In this document: positions 28,905 through 42,500 of the stretch, in pieces
Layout of the letters: every line of letters begins with the position of its first letter
How positions within the stretch are numbered: position 1 is the first letter of the stretch
NCBI GenBank assembly: GCA_024704765.1
Contig: JAKMXF010000354.1
Span: forward strand, 171,690-235,689
Direction: 5' to 3'
DNA: 64,000 nucleotides
DNA from: Oopsacas minuta
Lineage: Eukaryota; Animalia; Porifera
Translations under genes and position numbers: made by a program
The notes under the pieces: generated by a model
Databases searched by the model: none
What the model saw: only the letters and a program-made list of their open reading frames with translations
Told to the model about the DNA's origin: nothing

Positions 28905-30849
28905 ATGGCTACAGTCACTGCATCGAATCCTGGACCGAGTAGTAGTGGTCTAACTAGCTCTTTCAAGTCTCAACATTTTTCTGACGTTTCAGACTCTATC
29001 CACATTGGAGAATTCAAACGAATTCTCTTTTCCTATCTGAGAGAGCATACCTTCAAACAAGGACCTATCTCACACCGAGATAATCTATGTGAAGAGATGG
29101 GTATTGATGAACCAGTTCTGGCAGACATAGAGCGTATTTGTGCTGTGGAGGGATTGAAGCATAGAGAAGGAGATGAGATGCTCAAAAATCTAAACCTGAA
29201 TACATTAGGTTGGTAACTACTCTATAGTGTCAAATTCCCTTATTTTTAGCTAATTTGGCTCCGAATCAAGAAGTGTTATTCTATATTCATCGAGCTTTTA
29301 GTTGAAATAATTTGTCCCAAATAATCCATTTTATGTAGAAACCCTCCCGAAAACTTCCTAACGATTCCCACCTATGTACATGTATGTCAATATTTTTATG
29401 TAATTTCTATTATTCACATGTTTAATTCAGATATGATTCCAAACGCGAATGACTTCAGCTTATTCCGCCTCCGTACCAGACGCAGAGAGACTGGTAGCAT
29501 TTGGTCGAAAGACAGCGTTAATACAGTCAATAAGATAGCTCCAATACAAGAACCAATTCCAATGGTCCCGTTAAATAACGACGAGCTGATCCTTACAGTA
29601 ACAGTATTCCATCCTATCCTCAAGAAGAAGGACCAAGAATTTCTATTGCTTGCCTCTCAGCCTATCAAAGCTCTATTAGGTATATATTACATACGCTTCA
29701 TGCATTTACACAAAAACACAAAATGCATCATATTGTAATACAGTACACCCTCGCTAATCCGAACAACACTGTTCCGATTGTAAATTAATTCGTTCGGAGT
29801 GGGAGATGGATTGAAACGATACTATAGGATCAAGGGAGGACATTTTTCGTAAGTTGTGCAAACTATGGAAAGACTGCCAACATGTGTAATATAGTAATAT
29901 GTATTTGTCTTTTTCAATTTTTTCTACATTTTTCCCAAAGGTTGTACAACCTTTAAGCCCTGCTCGGATTAGCGAGGGTCTACTCCTTTATGATTAATTT
30001 AATTTAGATAAACTATATTGTGTGATGGATTACGTAGCTCCTGAAGAATTCTCTCTTTGCCCAGAAAAGCTCAAAACACTGGAAGGACATAATTTCAATT
30101 CTTCTTCTGCCTTCTTTCTCATTGAGAACACATTCTACAATGATATGTCTAATCCAGGTGCTAAGGATTGTTCTAAGATTATTTCCAAATGGGCCACCTC
30201 TAAGATACACGGTAGACCCAGGAATCCCTTCGCCTCTCGCACACTACCTAACGAGGATCATCCTACATTTACAAGTAAAGATATGGAAGGTTTGCTGTTT
30301 AGTTACGATGTATTATTGTTAGTTTTTATCTTAAACTACGGTGCCAGAGGGACACTGAAAAATACTACAACCCGGTTTCGATCTGTGGTGGTTTATTTGT
30401 ATGAGACTAGTATTCGCTCTATTTATTTTTTATTCCGCCCTGTTAGTGGAGGTTACACTGTATTGAAAATGTAATTACCTAACATTCATGTAAGTTTTAC
30501 TATAGGTGTACGGTTTGAAGATCTAACAATTCGTATGGGATATCCATACCTATTCCATCACCATGGCAACTGTGAGCATGTGTTTATGATCAGAGATATG
30601 AGAGCAGCAATGGAAGATGACAACCCTAATGCGAGTGAATATCCGTTATTAACTTTTAAAGGTAAATATCGACGTCGTCGCTGTTCTATCTGCCACGTGT
30701 TCACTGCTAAGTGGCTGACGTGTAACGATCAGCTGGCGTTTGAACATCCATCCTACTTCTGTGATAAGTGTTTTATGGCGCTACACTATTCAGAAGATGA
30801 TAGGAAGCTTTATACATTCCAAGCTTACCCTCACGTTGATAAGGTATAA
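28905..30849 (+). CDS. SNAPC3: snRNA-activating protein complex subunit 3 (SNAP50); 4 exons: 28905-29208, 29431-29679, 30008-30289, 30506-30849
   Basis: LILTVTVFHP..KKDQEFLLLASQ, SAFFLIENTFYND, FEDLTIRMGYPYLFHHHGNCEH and the zinc region RRRCSICHVFTAKW...PSYFCDKCFMALHY. Three phase-1 GT..AG introns join in frame. Confidence 0.93.
29741..29985. mobile_element. CAGT-ended MITE in SNAPC3 intron 2
   Basis: TA|cagtacaccctcgctaatccg ... cggattagcgagggtctactc; ~21-bp TIR; ends related to 53627-53911. Confidence 0.75.
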
Positions 30850-31453
30850 TCAACATAAAATTGCTCGAACACTTATTGCATGCAAAACTCACTTCGTTGT
30901 TAAAGAGATGTTTGACTTATTAGCTGGATTATTTTTATTTTTCTCATTTTTGTAATTATGCATCTAAAGAATTTAATCTATGAAGTGTATTGCATTGCAC
31001 GATATCGCTTGTTCTTGTTGTATTTCTTACGCGCTCTCATGGCTGCTTAATTAACTTTACAACGTTGCCTCTAGCAATCTAGGTGATACTGTTATCAAGC
31101 TCAATAGGGAGACATTATACGTATATCTCTTCAGCAGCGGCAGTTCCATGATCTGGCATACTCGGGGGCCAGAATTTTCAACCAGGAGCAAATGCTAGAT
31201 ATATAATATTAGCTACATTCTAGTAAAAAATGGATGATCAGAAAGCTAAATATATCTAGCAAATGCAGTGTACTGTCATATCGTAATTCCATAATTATCC
31301 CTCATAGTTTATACTTTTACGGGGTAAGTGGTAACACTTCTACAAATATTGGGGAGCTGTAAGAACCTGGTACGTACTGAATATTATACAAATCTATCTA
31401 TCTATTCTTGTATAGCATATTGTTACTAGAGTAGAGCTTGTAGCAATTTTTGT

Positions 31454-34400
31454 ATGAGTGACAATATAAGCGTGAGCAGCGGGAGTGGAACTGAATTAGA
31501 GGTCATCATCCCTCCGGAAATAAGGGAGCTACCTTTCCCTAATCAGCTTTCTGGTATGATAACCAATGAATGGGATGAAGCAGTAGTCCTACCTACCTGG
31601 ATAGATGATGCACCAGATACCCCTGAGCAGCAGGACACACCCCCTAGGATGGAGGAATCTACTTCAGAAGCAGACAGTGCTAGTGATTCACAATCTGATA
31701 AATTACAGGTAGATGATGAGGTTGATTCGACTACTGACAGAGAAGATAAGAGTGTGTCTGATTATGAATCTGACGAACTGAGCAGACACACTTCAGATAG
31801 ACCACTAGAAGGTATATTGGGAGCTCCCCTAGAGGAGATGAATACTCGAATAACACCATTAATGGAGAGAGAGAAACGAGAGATAGAGGCTGCTGCGGAA
31901 GAGAGGGTCAAGAGATATCAGAGAGAATCAGAGGAACTACAACTAGCTCTCTCTACGCTCAGAAGAGAGAATGAACAGCGTCATAAGCTGTCACAGCTGT
32001 CAGAAACTGACTTGATATCAATGGTACAGCGTAAAGATAGAGAGATAAGCTTCCTCAGTGAAGAGGCAGAGAAATACACGAAACGTCTCTCAGAGCTATC
32101 TTATGCTAAGCTATCTGAACAGAGTCAGCTGGAGAAGGCACTGAAGGAGGATGAACGACTCCGCTTAAGAGAGAGTGCTATTGAGCAACAGAGAGAGCAT
32201 GCTATCAAGAAGAATGAATGGCTAGAAGAGGAGCTGACTCAGAAATGTAAGGATGCTATACAAATGAAGAGCCGTCTACAGGAACAGATATGTGCTCTGG
32301 AAGAGGACAACGGACGTAACGTGAAACAGCTGGATGAGTTGAGGATTGAGTTTACTCAAGAAACAGAAGAGAAGGAGACGTTAAGATTCAGACTAGATAC
32401 CTGTCTATCTGATCTAGAGAGTAGTAGAGATGAGCGTTGTATTATTGAGGATAGACACAGACAAGAGGTAGCAGGACAAAAGAAACTTGCTTCTCTTTAC
32501 AAGGAGTCTGCTGAACAAAGCGAGTTGAAGGTAGGTTACAATATTTATATAACGATCTCTATTGCTATATGATGCTGTACACATAGTCTCTCATTATAAA
32601 GAAGTGCTCGGGACACGGGTTAATTAGTTGTAAGCTGAGTAAAATTAATTACTTTCTAGCTATAGTGGGTAATGAATCACTTCGTTATAACAAGTTTCAT
32701 TATAGTTTATTTGGTTGTAACAAGAGTTTACTCTATTATTAAATATCACTTACAGGTATCAGAACTGCTAGGCAAAGCAGAGCTGCTACAGAGAGCAGTG
32801 ACTGACAGAGAGCAGAGTCTCAGAGAGACAGAGCTTAGAATCTCAGAGGAGCATGCTCTGATCTCCTCTCAGAGGGAGGCTCTACAGTCTCGTGTGGGAG
32901 AGCTGGAAACAGAATTGAGACATGCTAACGACATGCTTGAGAAGGCAGGAGTAGGGAGGAGGGGTCTCTTCCAGTGTGAGGGTAAGACTGAGACTATTAC
33001 TGAGATATACAGTAAATACGTCGAGGCTACTAACTATATACAAGATTTGGAGGAGGTTAACGCTAGAGTTAAGCTAAATCTAGAAACCTATAAGAACTCT
33101 GTTAACGAGAAGATCCCACTTATGCGGAGACAGAAGGAAGAGAACGACTACCTTAAGAGGAACAACAAAGAGCTACATGAGCATCTGGAGAGATTAAGCA
33201 GTCAGCTGGAGAGTATTACTTCTGAATCTGACATTTCTATTCGTAGATCTCGATTCTTGGAAAGAGAGAATTTGAAGCAGAGTTGTACTATTCGTGAGCT
33301 CAATACTCAGGTGTGTGTCTTGTTGAAGGAGAGTGAGGAAAGCCGCGGAGTAAGCATCACCGCGTTCTCTATGCCAGCTGATCTAACTGATGCTGAGGTA
33401 TCTAGTAGTAGTGAGGGACGTATTATATCTTTTCGTAGTTTAGAAGAACTACAATCACGTAATGTAGAGTTACTGAGTAAAGTAAGAGAAGTAGAAGCTG
33501 AATTGGAGCAGATGAAAGGAGTGGGACAAGATGAGAGGATCAGAGAAACTCAGAAGAAAGTAGCAGAACTGACAGTAGTAGTAGAACAAGTAAAGGAGAG
33601 CAAGCGACAGCAGAGCGAGATGATACAAAGCGTAATACGAGATAGAGACAAATACAAATCTCTGTTAGCTCAATCTACTGCTCTGCCTATGGAGAGTGCA
33701 TTTGTAGCAACTACTACTGAACAAACTTCTACTGAGCTGGTAGAGGTACAGAAATTATTTGATAATCATAAACGTCAGAGTGAAGATATCAGGAAACAGC
33801 TGATTGAAGAGTTAGAAGTAGTTAAGGAGGCTAAATCTCACTTAGAATTAGAGATAGACAGACTAGACTCTAAACTAGAATTCGCATCAGAGAGACAGGA
33901 GCTATTGAAGAATTGGTATGAATCTCAGCGTACAGAGAGTCAAACATTGAGAGAGAAGAATGAACAGCTGTTAAAACACGTATCAGACATGGAGCAGAGT
34001 GCACGAAGCATGATGCAAGATCAATTTCAGGCACGAGATCAGCTGTCTCGCCTAGAATTCCAGAAAGAGAGTCTTGAGAAGAAGAATGAAGCCCTGAAGA
34101 CATCAGAAGAGTGGTCTAAGAATCAAATAGAGGTATTATTAAGAGAGAAACGTGAACAGAATCTTCTTAAAGCTAATATTGAAATGATTCAGAATAGTCT
34201 TGAGAGAACTGAACATGAAAATAAATTACGTACTACACAGCAAGTGGGATTGCTTGAAGAGGAGCTGAAACACACCCGTACACAGTTGGAGCAGAAGGGG
34301 AAACAACATGAACGGGTGGTTGAGGCTTGGGAGAAACAAGTTGATGAATTGAAAACTTCTCTGCACACTACTCACGAGACTCAGATACAAAATGTTAACT

Positions 34401-37400
34401 TGTCTAATAACCAGACAGCTAAGATACACGATCTAGAGAGTGTGCTAGCTTCTACTCAAAAGAAAGTAGAACAGCGGGAGAGAGAGTTGGTAGAGGCTAG
34501 AGACAACCTCAAAAAGGCAGAGAGTGGAGCTATTGTAATGGATTTACAGGAGGAGAGTTCTCGCATGAAATTGAGGGTAGCTGAGCTAGAGCAGAAGTGT
34601 AAAGCTATGGAGAATAGAGTATGCAAATCCAATGAACACGTAGAACATTACAAGACTATTAGTGAAGCTGCTGAGCATCAGATCAAAGAGAATTTAGAAA
34701 CAAGTGAGACATTCCGCAATGAAATGGAGAGTAAATTGAGTGAGAGAGATGAGAGGGAATCAGAGCTTCAAGCTGAGGTATCAGACCTGGAGAGAGAATG
34801 TCGTGAGTTAAGAGAATCTATTAAACAGCTGGAGACTACACATACTACAACTCTATCAAACAGAGAGATAGACCTACAGTACACTAAAAATCTACTCAAG
34901 GAAGCTCAGGCTAATTTAGCCCTGCTGGAAGGGAAGGAAACTATGGCACGTGAGGATGTGTTGTTACATGAAAGAGTGTCACAAGAGACACAGGATAAGT
35001 ACGAGAGAGAAGTTATAGAGCATGGAAAGACTGTAGAAGTATTATGTCGTTCAAAAGATGAGTTATCATCTCTCAAACTCAAACTACAAGTTGCTGAGCA
35101 AGAAGCTAATCAACATCTATTCAAGTTGGAAGAGGGTAAACAGAATTGGGATGAATTGAAACTAATAGGAGAGAGTAGGATTGAACAGCTGACAATTCAG
35201 CTGACTGATGCTCAATCACAGAATAAACTCCTATTCTCACAGCTGGAGAGCATCAATGCTAAACTAATAACTCTACAATCTGACAGAAATATTTCTACCC
35301 AATCGACTGAGGAAACACATCACACAACAAGCCTCTTAACTTTAAAAGAATCTGAGGATCAGCTGAGAGAGTTAATACGTCATATCCGTAGAGAAAAGGA
35401 GATTGTAGAAACTAAGTTTGAATTAGCTGAATCAGAACGTGTTCGACTTTCTGAAACATGTAAACGCTACGAATCTGAGCTAGAGGAGACAAGAACTGCT
35501 CTAGCAGGGGAGCAGGAGGCCCTAAGAGCTCAAGCAGAAACTGTAGCACAACACTCTCAGTTACTAGAGAAAGTCAATACACTTAATCTCCTGCAAGAGA
35601 GCAATAGAGTACTCAGAGAAGATAAAAACAGTTTTGAAAAGAAATCTAATTCTCTCTCAGGGCAGCTCAAAGAGAAAGTAGAAGAGTTATTCTCTGTAAA
35701 GGAATCTAACAAGACTCTAACTTCACAAAAAGAGACACTCTTAGCCGAGAAGACAGCTCTCAAGAACGAGGTCGCTCGATGGCAGGCTAGAGTAAATCAG
35801 CTGTTGGAAGTATACGATAAAATGGATCCTGAAGAATTCAGAGAACTACAAAGTCTGAAAGAGGAGCATTTAACTAAAATTTCAGATTTAACAGACCGTG
35901 TTAAACAGATGGATGATGAACGAAATGAACAAAAACACAGAATAAAGTTACTTGAAGATAGATTATCACAGCTCCTTTCAGAGAGTGAATCCACTCATGA
36001 TAAACATGCTACAGAACTCAAAGAAATGAGTGAGAAATTGTCAGTGAAAGAAGAAGAGCTAAAGACGAAATCAGAAAATAGTAAAAAATTCGCACAGGCT
36101 GCTAGAAACTGGAAGACTCGATTCGAGGAGAAAAATACCAAATTCCAAGAGATTGAGAAAAACCTCAACGAGCTTAAAACTGCCAATCTACAAGAGAAGT
36201 CTCGTTCAGAGGAGGAATGGCAAGAGCGGCAACAAGAATTAACTGAAAAGAACCAGGGATTAGAGGTTGAGAAGGCTGATATACAGCAACAACTGAATGA
36301 AACAAAAGCTGCTCTCGAAGAGAAATCCAGGAAGGTGGAGCGGATGCAAGACGGACTCAAAAAGTTAAACATCCGAGTACGTCAACAGACTAAAACTCTG
36401 GAAGAGAAAGTGAGTACCCTGAAGACTGAGAATACACAACTCAAGACTGCTAACGCTGAAAAAGAGGGACAACTACAAGCTCTCAAGAATCAACACCAAT
36501 CACAATTGTCCCAATTGGAAGCTAAATTTAAGCTAGAATCAAGTAGTAAAGTATCCAGTACACAGCCTTCTCCTGGTCATGCTAGCATTGCTCCCAGCAA
36601 ACAAGTAGCAGCTATCAAACCTAGCAAATTGAGTATTACTACTAATCCGACTGTAGTAGTTAACCCTATCTGTAGAGAACAGATCTCTGTATCTATTTCT
36701 CCCTTCACTTCCTCTGTGGTGACGTCATCCGCCCAACCCTCCTCTAGCTTACCACCCATTATGCCCACTGTGAGTAGTGACTGGCCTCAATACCCTTCTG
36801 AGTCTGATAACACTCCAGCGACCAATTTCAACCTCTCTCATGTCCAACTAGACCTGCAGACAGGGGTCACTACTCGCTCCAGTAGCAAGAGAAAGAGAGA
36901 GGAAGCAGAGGCAGCTACTACATCTACATCTGATCCTCAAGGTAAGAAGAATAAAGTCCTCACCACACCTCCTCCGGATACAGCTCAACTCCCTACTTCA
37001 TTGGCAGATGGTACTAGTGTTATTGACAGTAGTACTACTCACTCACATTCTCCTAACTCAACATATGGTAATCCTCCTCCTGTTATAGAGGAGAGTAGCT
37101 CTTCTCATCTGCAGGTTGTCCCTTCCTCTATGGATGACCTCTTACAGCCTTCTGCCATCTACTGCGAGCTATCTCCTTCAAATCCCGCCTCTGCTAGGTC
37201 CCCTCCTCGCCTCTTATTGCCTCCATCTTTTGAGAATTTTGGAGAGATAGAACATGCCGTGCCAAACACACCAATCCTCCAGCCAGGTAACCCTATCTCA
37301 GGACACACCTCTACAGGACACTCTGTACCCGTACCTCCTGATAGCTCCAGTATAAATATAGCATCTGATGAGGGACTAACTAATGACCATGAGCTAGATT

Positions 37401-38191
37401 TCGATATTGGTCATGACATTATACATACACATGGTACTTCTAGTCAGGAGGATAATCTCTACGGAGAATTTAGGAATCGTGTTGATGTTAATATAGCCTC
37501 TCCTACTCGTAACCTCCCATTCAGCTCTAATGCTGATTCTCCTTCCTCTACACCCGGACCTCAGGTATCCACCTCTACTAACAATCAGAACTCTTCCGTA
37601 TCAACTCGTCAGGAGGATCTATTGGGGACTGATGAGATCATGCTCCCGGAAACCTCAGAAGTTCCTCTCCTGCAGACAGAGACCGAGGAGCCTACCTCTG
37701 CAGCTGATGTCATTACTCGGATAGAACTACCTGAACCTACAGAGGGTGTGTCCTGTATAGAAATACCTCACGAGCTGTCCTATGATCAGCTGTCTTCCTC
37801 AGATGAGGAAACTCTGGACAGGGAAGAACACACTACCGTGGTTAGCTCAGATGACTCTGAATCTGAAGTTCCTTATGTCATAGATGAGTATGATAGCAGA
37901 GAGGCTAAGAAGGGTGGATCTGTAGAATCTGTATCAGATGGAGAGATAGATGACCAGCTGCAGCCAGATATTGAAATTATTGATCCCTCAGAACCTAGTG
38001 GGTCTCTCCCTGAGAGTTCAAGTAAGACGACACAACCAAGATATATACCCATCACGTGGGGTGGTACTTCTCCTGTTACCCAGCCCAAGTCTAGGAGAGG
38101 ATTGTTACCCCCTGATACCCTACCACCCACCTCTTCCAAAGGCACTGGTCACAAAGGATTGAAAAATCCTCTAAAACGACCACCAAAGTAA
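31454..38191 (+). CDS. TPR: Nuclear basket nucleoprotein TPR/Mlp1; 2 exons: 31454-32530, 32756-38191
   Basis: Long coiled coil with TPR-type segments SFRSLEELQSRNVELL, QDKYEREVIEHGKTVEVL, LRELIRHIRREKEIVETK, LNLLQESNRVLREDK and WQARVNQLL, plus an acidic/Ser-Pro-rich tail. Donor aag|gtaggt at 32530 and acceptor ttacag at 32755, phase 0. Confidence 0.9.
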
Positions 38192-38792
38192 TTCTTACAT
38201 TTTCTTCTAACAAACTAATAACCAGCAGCTAAGATTGTTGTGTTACTCTAACTTTACATTTATTTCCTTTATTATTAGTAAATTTATAATTAGTTCTTAA
38301 TTGGCTTATGGTTATATACAATATTTCTTGTAACTTAATTACATCTTACATATAATACATGTAATTAACGCGTTTTCTTTAGTTTATAACTCTTGTGGCT
38401 ATTGTTGCCCTAAACGAAGGTTTGTAGAGAAACAAATTATGTACGAATTGTAATTTTGCTAAATTATGATCCTTGACATGTGACATGAACGATTGGAACT
38501 GAAGCCCACCATACACGATGCAACAAAGTTACATGAAATTTGTTTTTGGAATTTTGAGGGCAATTTTGTGTATGCAACATTGTTCCGCCATTTATGGTAA
38601 GAGTTGTACAGAAACTTGTTGCATGAAATAGGAACAAGTTCTATTTCCTGCAACAATGTTGCATCGTGTATAGTAGGTATAATTATTCATGAGCATGTCA
38701 GTTATTCCACCTGGTATATTCAGAAATCTTGACTAATGAAGCAAGTTAATTCTACTGTCCTACTAAACACATTCTGTTAGAATATTATATTC

Positions 38793-39521
38793 ATGACTGA
38801 TCCTAATTTCGCTGCATTAAGTGCATGCTCTGCTGCTATTTGCAGTACATCTGGCTTCAGTAAGATACGTCCTACTGCTCTCTCCCTCCTTACTAACCAC
38901 CTGCAATCATACATCATAGAAATAGGAGAGGCTAGTAAGAATCTATCAGAGCATGCCAGACGTACTAACCCTACACTTCAAGATGTTATATTAGCGTTAA
39001 AGAAATTAGGAATAGACTTTACTACTCTTGTATCTATCCCTAATTCATCATCTCATACTCCTGTATGTAAGCAAGTCCTCCCCAATCCTATCCCTAGACC
39101 CCTCTCAGTAGGTGTCAAACAATCACAACCCCCTTCAATCCCCTCACACCTCCCATCATTCCCTGACCCCCATACCTATCTCTCCACCCCCGCTCAATCC
39201 AAAGACCCTCCTTCTTACAAGGAACAACGTGCTAAGATGGCAGAACAGCGGAGATTAGGAGCTGAGAGTCTGATCAGATATTTTGCTCGAACTGGACAAG
39301 TGTGTCCTGTACTCGGTACTGAAATAGAGGATGATGAGAATTTAGAAAATCTATTCTTTCTAACCGCTACTCCACATACACAACCTGCTTATCTCTCAGC
39401 TCTCTTGTCTAAGAGATATATCACAGCTGGGGTTATTAACCGCACGAAAGGAGATGGAAACATAGACAGTAATCCTTTTCTTAAACCTGCTAAGAGAATT
39501 AAACTCAGAATTTCATTGTGA
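38793..39521 (+). CDS. TAF8: TFIID subunit 8; intronless
   Basis: Histone-fold/BTP domain (LSLLTNHLQSYIIEIGEASKNLSEHARRTNPTLQDVILALKKLGI) and TAF8 C-motif IPSHLPSFPDPHTYLSTP...KEQRAKMAEQRR. Confidence 0.92.
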   Translation: MTDPNFAALSACSAAICSTSGFSKIRPTALSLLTNHLQSYIIEIGEASKNLSEHARRTNPTLQDVILALKKLGIDFTTLVSIPNSSSHTPVCKQVLPNPIPRPLSVGVKQSQPPSIPSHLPSFPDPHTYLSTPAQSKDPPSYKEQRAKMAEQRRLGAESLIRYFARTGQVCPVLGTEIEDDENLENLFFLTATPHTQPAYLSALLSKRYITAGVINRTKGDGNIDSNPFLKPAKRIKLRISL

Positions 39522-39599
39522 TTGCAATTGTAATATTGATAATTGATTTATTTATTGATACCATGTTTACGGTATTATCTCTACATATTAGCTAATAGA

Positions 39600-42500
39600 A
39601 TGGCTAAGAGCATAAATACACAATCCTCTCTCCTCATCAGTCTACCCAATGAAGTTATAGAACTCATATTATACTCAGAAAGCATTGACTATATCACTCT
39701 CACTAGATTATGTCTTGTGTGTCGTAGACTTAACACAATTATATCTTCAAACAAAATCTGGTATATGCAAACAAGGAGAAGGTTGTCTATCCTTTATATT
39801 CATATTAAATTATTTCGGCCGCTTACAAAATTATTTAATGATTTTTTGATATTCGGATTCGCAAATAATTGATAACCTCAATTCCCAGGACAAGTTTGCT
39901 ATTGTGATAATTATGGATACAATAATCCAATTTCACACATGTCATTTGCAATTATTATGTACAATAGACTCAGCTTAATAGAGTCACATCGAGACCAGGC
40001 CATTTCTGCCCGATTAACTGGAGTAATTTTTCCATAGATCTGTTTCTGACTAAGTGACTAAATTAACCTGTGGCTCTATTAAACAGAGTGTAATTTGCAA
40101 ATGACATGCTTGAAATCGGATTAAGCTTATATACTTAATAACGTTATGAATTTTTAGATGGAGAATATGGCATCATTGTGGAAGAGAAATACGGTTGAAG
40201 CAATCTGACATATTAGACTTGGCAGGTGTCACTGAATGGAAAGATGTATTTATGAATAGATTAATCCGTGAACAGACAGTTAACTCCTTTTTGGATAAAA
40301 TATCACATGATTATCTACTGCTTGATAAAGATAACGGTCTAGTGGATGATAGCAAGATTGAGAATTCTAATCTACTCTTAGGACAGGACTATCTGATGGA
40401 AACTTTAAGAGAAGTAAGGAAGTAATTACAAGTATATTATTTATACTTGTAAATAACCAATTAATAGCAACTCTTTATTCTAGTTAATAAGTGATGAAGA
40501 CTGCGATAGGAATCTTTCTCGCAAATTCTATGCATCTAGCGTGTATAGCTACTTTAAATGGAAACAACTTTTGTTTTCTTTAAATTTTGTATTCGGAGAA
40601 GATAGTTCTTCTTTCTGCAATACCATGGAGCATATCTCTATATGGCTGGATCGCTGGATGAACCCGACAGAGGATTTGGAGTATTTTGATTATTCAAGGG
40701 AGTTTGATTCGATGGCAGATAGAGCTAAACTTCAATTGACTGATGGTGCTTCTGAGTGGGATATAATAACTGCTATTGATAGGGTCATGTTCACAGAAGA
40801 TGGCTATCGTGTGAATGATAATTTCTATTCACATAAGAACTCCTACTTACATAACGTAATCTATATTTCTAATTTAATTGTGAATAGAGTATTCCATGAA
40901 TAAGCTCCTCGTTTGGACCTCTTGCGCTTGATTTCCCGAAGCTTCTTCTAAAGAAATTTGATCAAAAATTTGATCGAAGGGAATGAATATTCGTCGAATT
41001 GAATGTAATATTCCACTTCCGCTATTTAAGTAATATACTGTACTGTCAGGTCATTAACCAATCCCAGCAAAATCTAAATGAACAAGTTAGACACTAGCTA
41101 AAAGCATTGAACCAACAATAAGGGTCTGTATTATTAACCAAACTCAAAGAAAGTCTAAATCAACCAAGAAGTAAGAATATAACCTGAAATTACAATTCGT
41201 GGCTACTTACCTTTCTACGATACTTCCGTCACCCTACGCTTATTCTGAGGGACAGTATTGTATTATCACAATGATATTCACCTTGTAGGTATTGAGAACT
41301 AAGAAAGGTATTTACATCACTTTATCTGTGATATTTCAAGCAGTAGCCTCTAGACTGGGGCTAGTTCTCTTCCCAGTTAGTTTCCCACGCTGTTTTGCTT
41401 TGGGATATCAAGAGAATGCGTCGGAGACTGTCGGGGTATCACCGTCTAATAGAACACAGTTTATCGTATTTGTGGAAGGAAACAGAGTTCGTAAAGTTTC
41501 TGAGCAAGAGCTGAGTATATTGGACATTAATCAAAACACACTAGAGAATGTGAGCTAGCCTTATAAGCAATATAATTATATAATTATATATTTAAGCGTG
41601 CTTAATTTATTCATTTTCAGGTCATTTCTGGTCAATTCTAATCATTTCAGTCAGACGTGGGATCAAATACTTTGAAAAATATTTAATTACAAATGTGAAT
41701 ATATCTGACAGATAATCAAGGTTGTTTATACATAGTGGAATGGGAACTGGGGAACCAGTGGGCATGTTCGGATTATCGAAGATTCCGGATAATCGAAGTT
41801 CGGAATCTCTAGGTTGCATTGTACATACTAATAGTTTTAAAATATATTTGACCCCATGTCTGATTTCAGGTCAACACAGGCAATACATTCATCCCTTACA
41901 GTGTGGTTCCTCATTACTAAGTTGAGTTCAATCCACTCAATTACTTGTTAAATAACCTGAAATTGACCTGAAATATACCTGAAATGGCCGGTCCTGTGTG
42001 GCATATTTACCAAGCCTGGTCACACCTGTATTCTGTACTACGTAATTAATTTGATCGTTTGGCGAGCTTGCTAAGAATCCTAATTTGGCACTTAAAGTAT
42101 ATCTCAAATTGAATAAATGCAAAATTGGATTCAGCTTCACTCCTACCTAGCAGTTAATGCCAATTTTCTGTTGATATTCTGTGATGTCCCTAATTTGTTT
42201 ACATTATACTCATAACAACAATCAATATAAGTACATTATATACTCATAAGTGTAAAATTCGGATTCATTTGATTAACATAATTACATCTTTTTAAATATT
42301 CTAGTTATCTTCTATCGGAACTGTAACTGCTCGGATGCTGGCTAACATATCACTGAATCTGATTGACAAGGAATCTCATGATAGCGTGGAAGAATGTCTC
42401 TCCTACATAAAATCAACTGAACTCCTCTTGATATTTATTCCACAAATAGATAGAAGTATTAGTCAGTCACTTTTCAATGCTTATCTCAACCTCAATTATA

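Noticed and set aside
41621-41930. Acceptor-like sites at 41620 and 41869 as extra FBXO21 exons
   Set aside because: Both hit in-frame stops within a few codons in the required phase 0, whereas 41549->42305 gives a continuous FBXO21-like reading.
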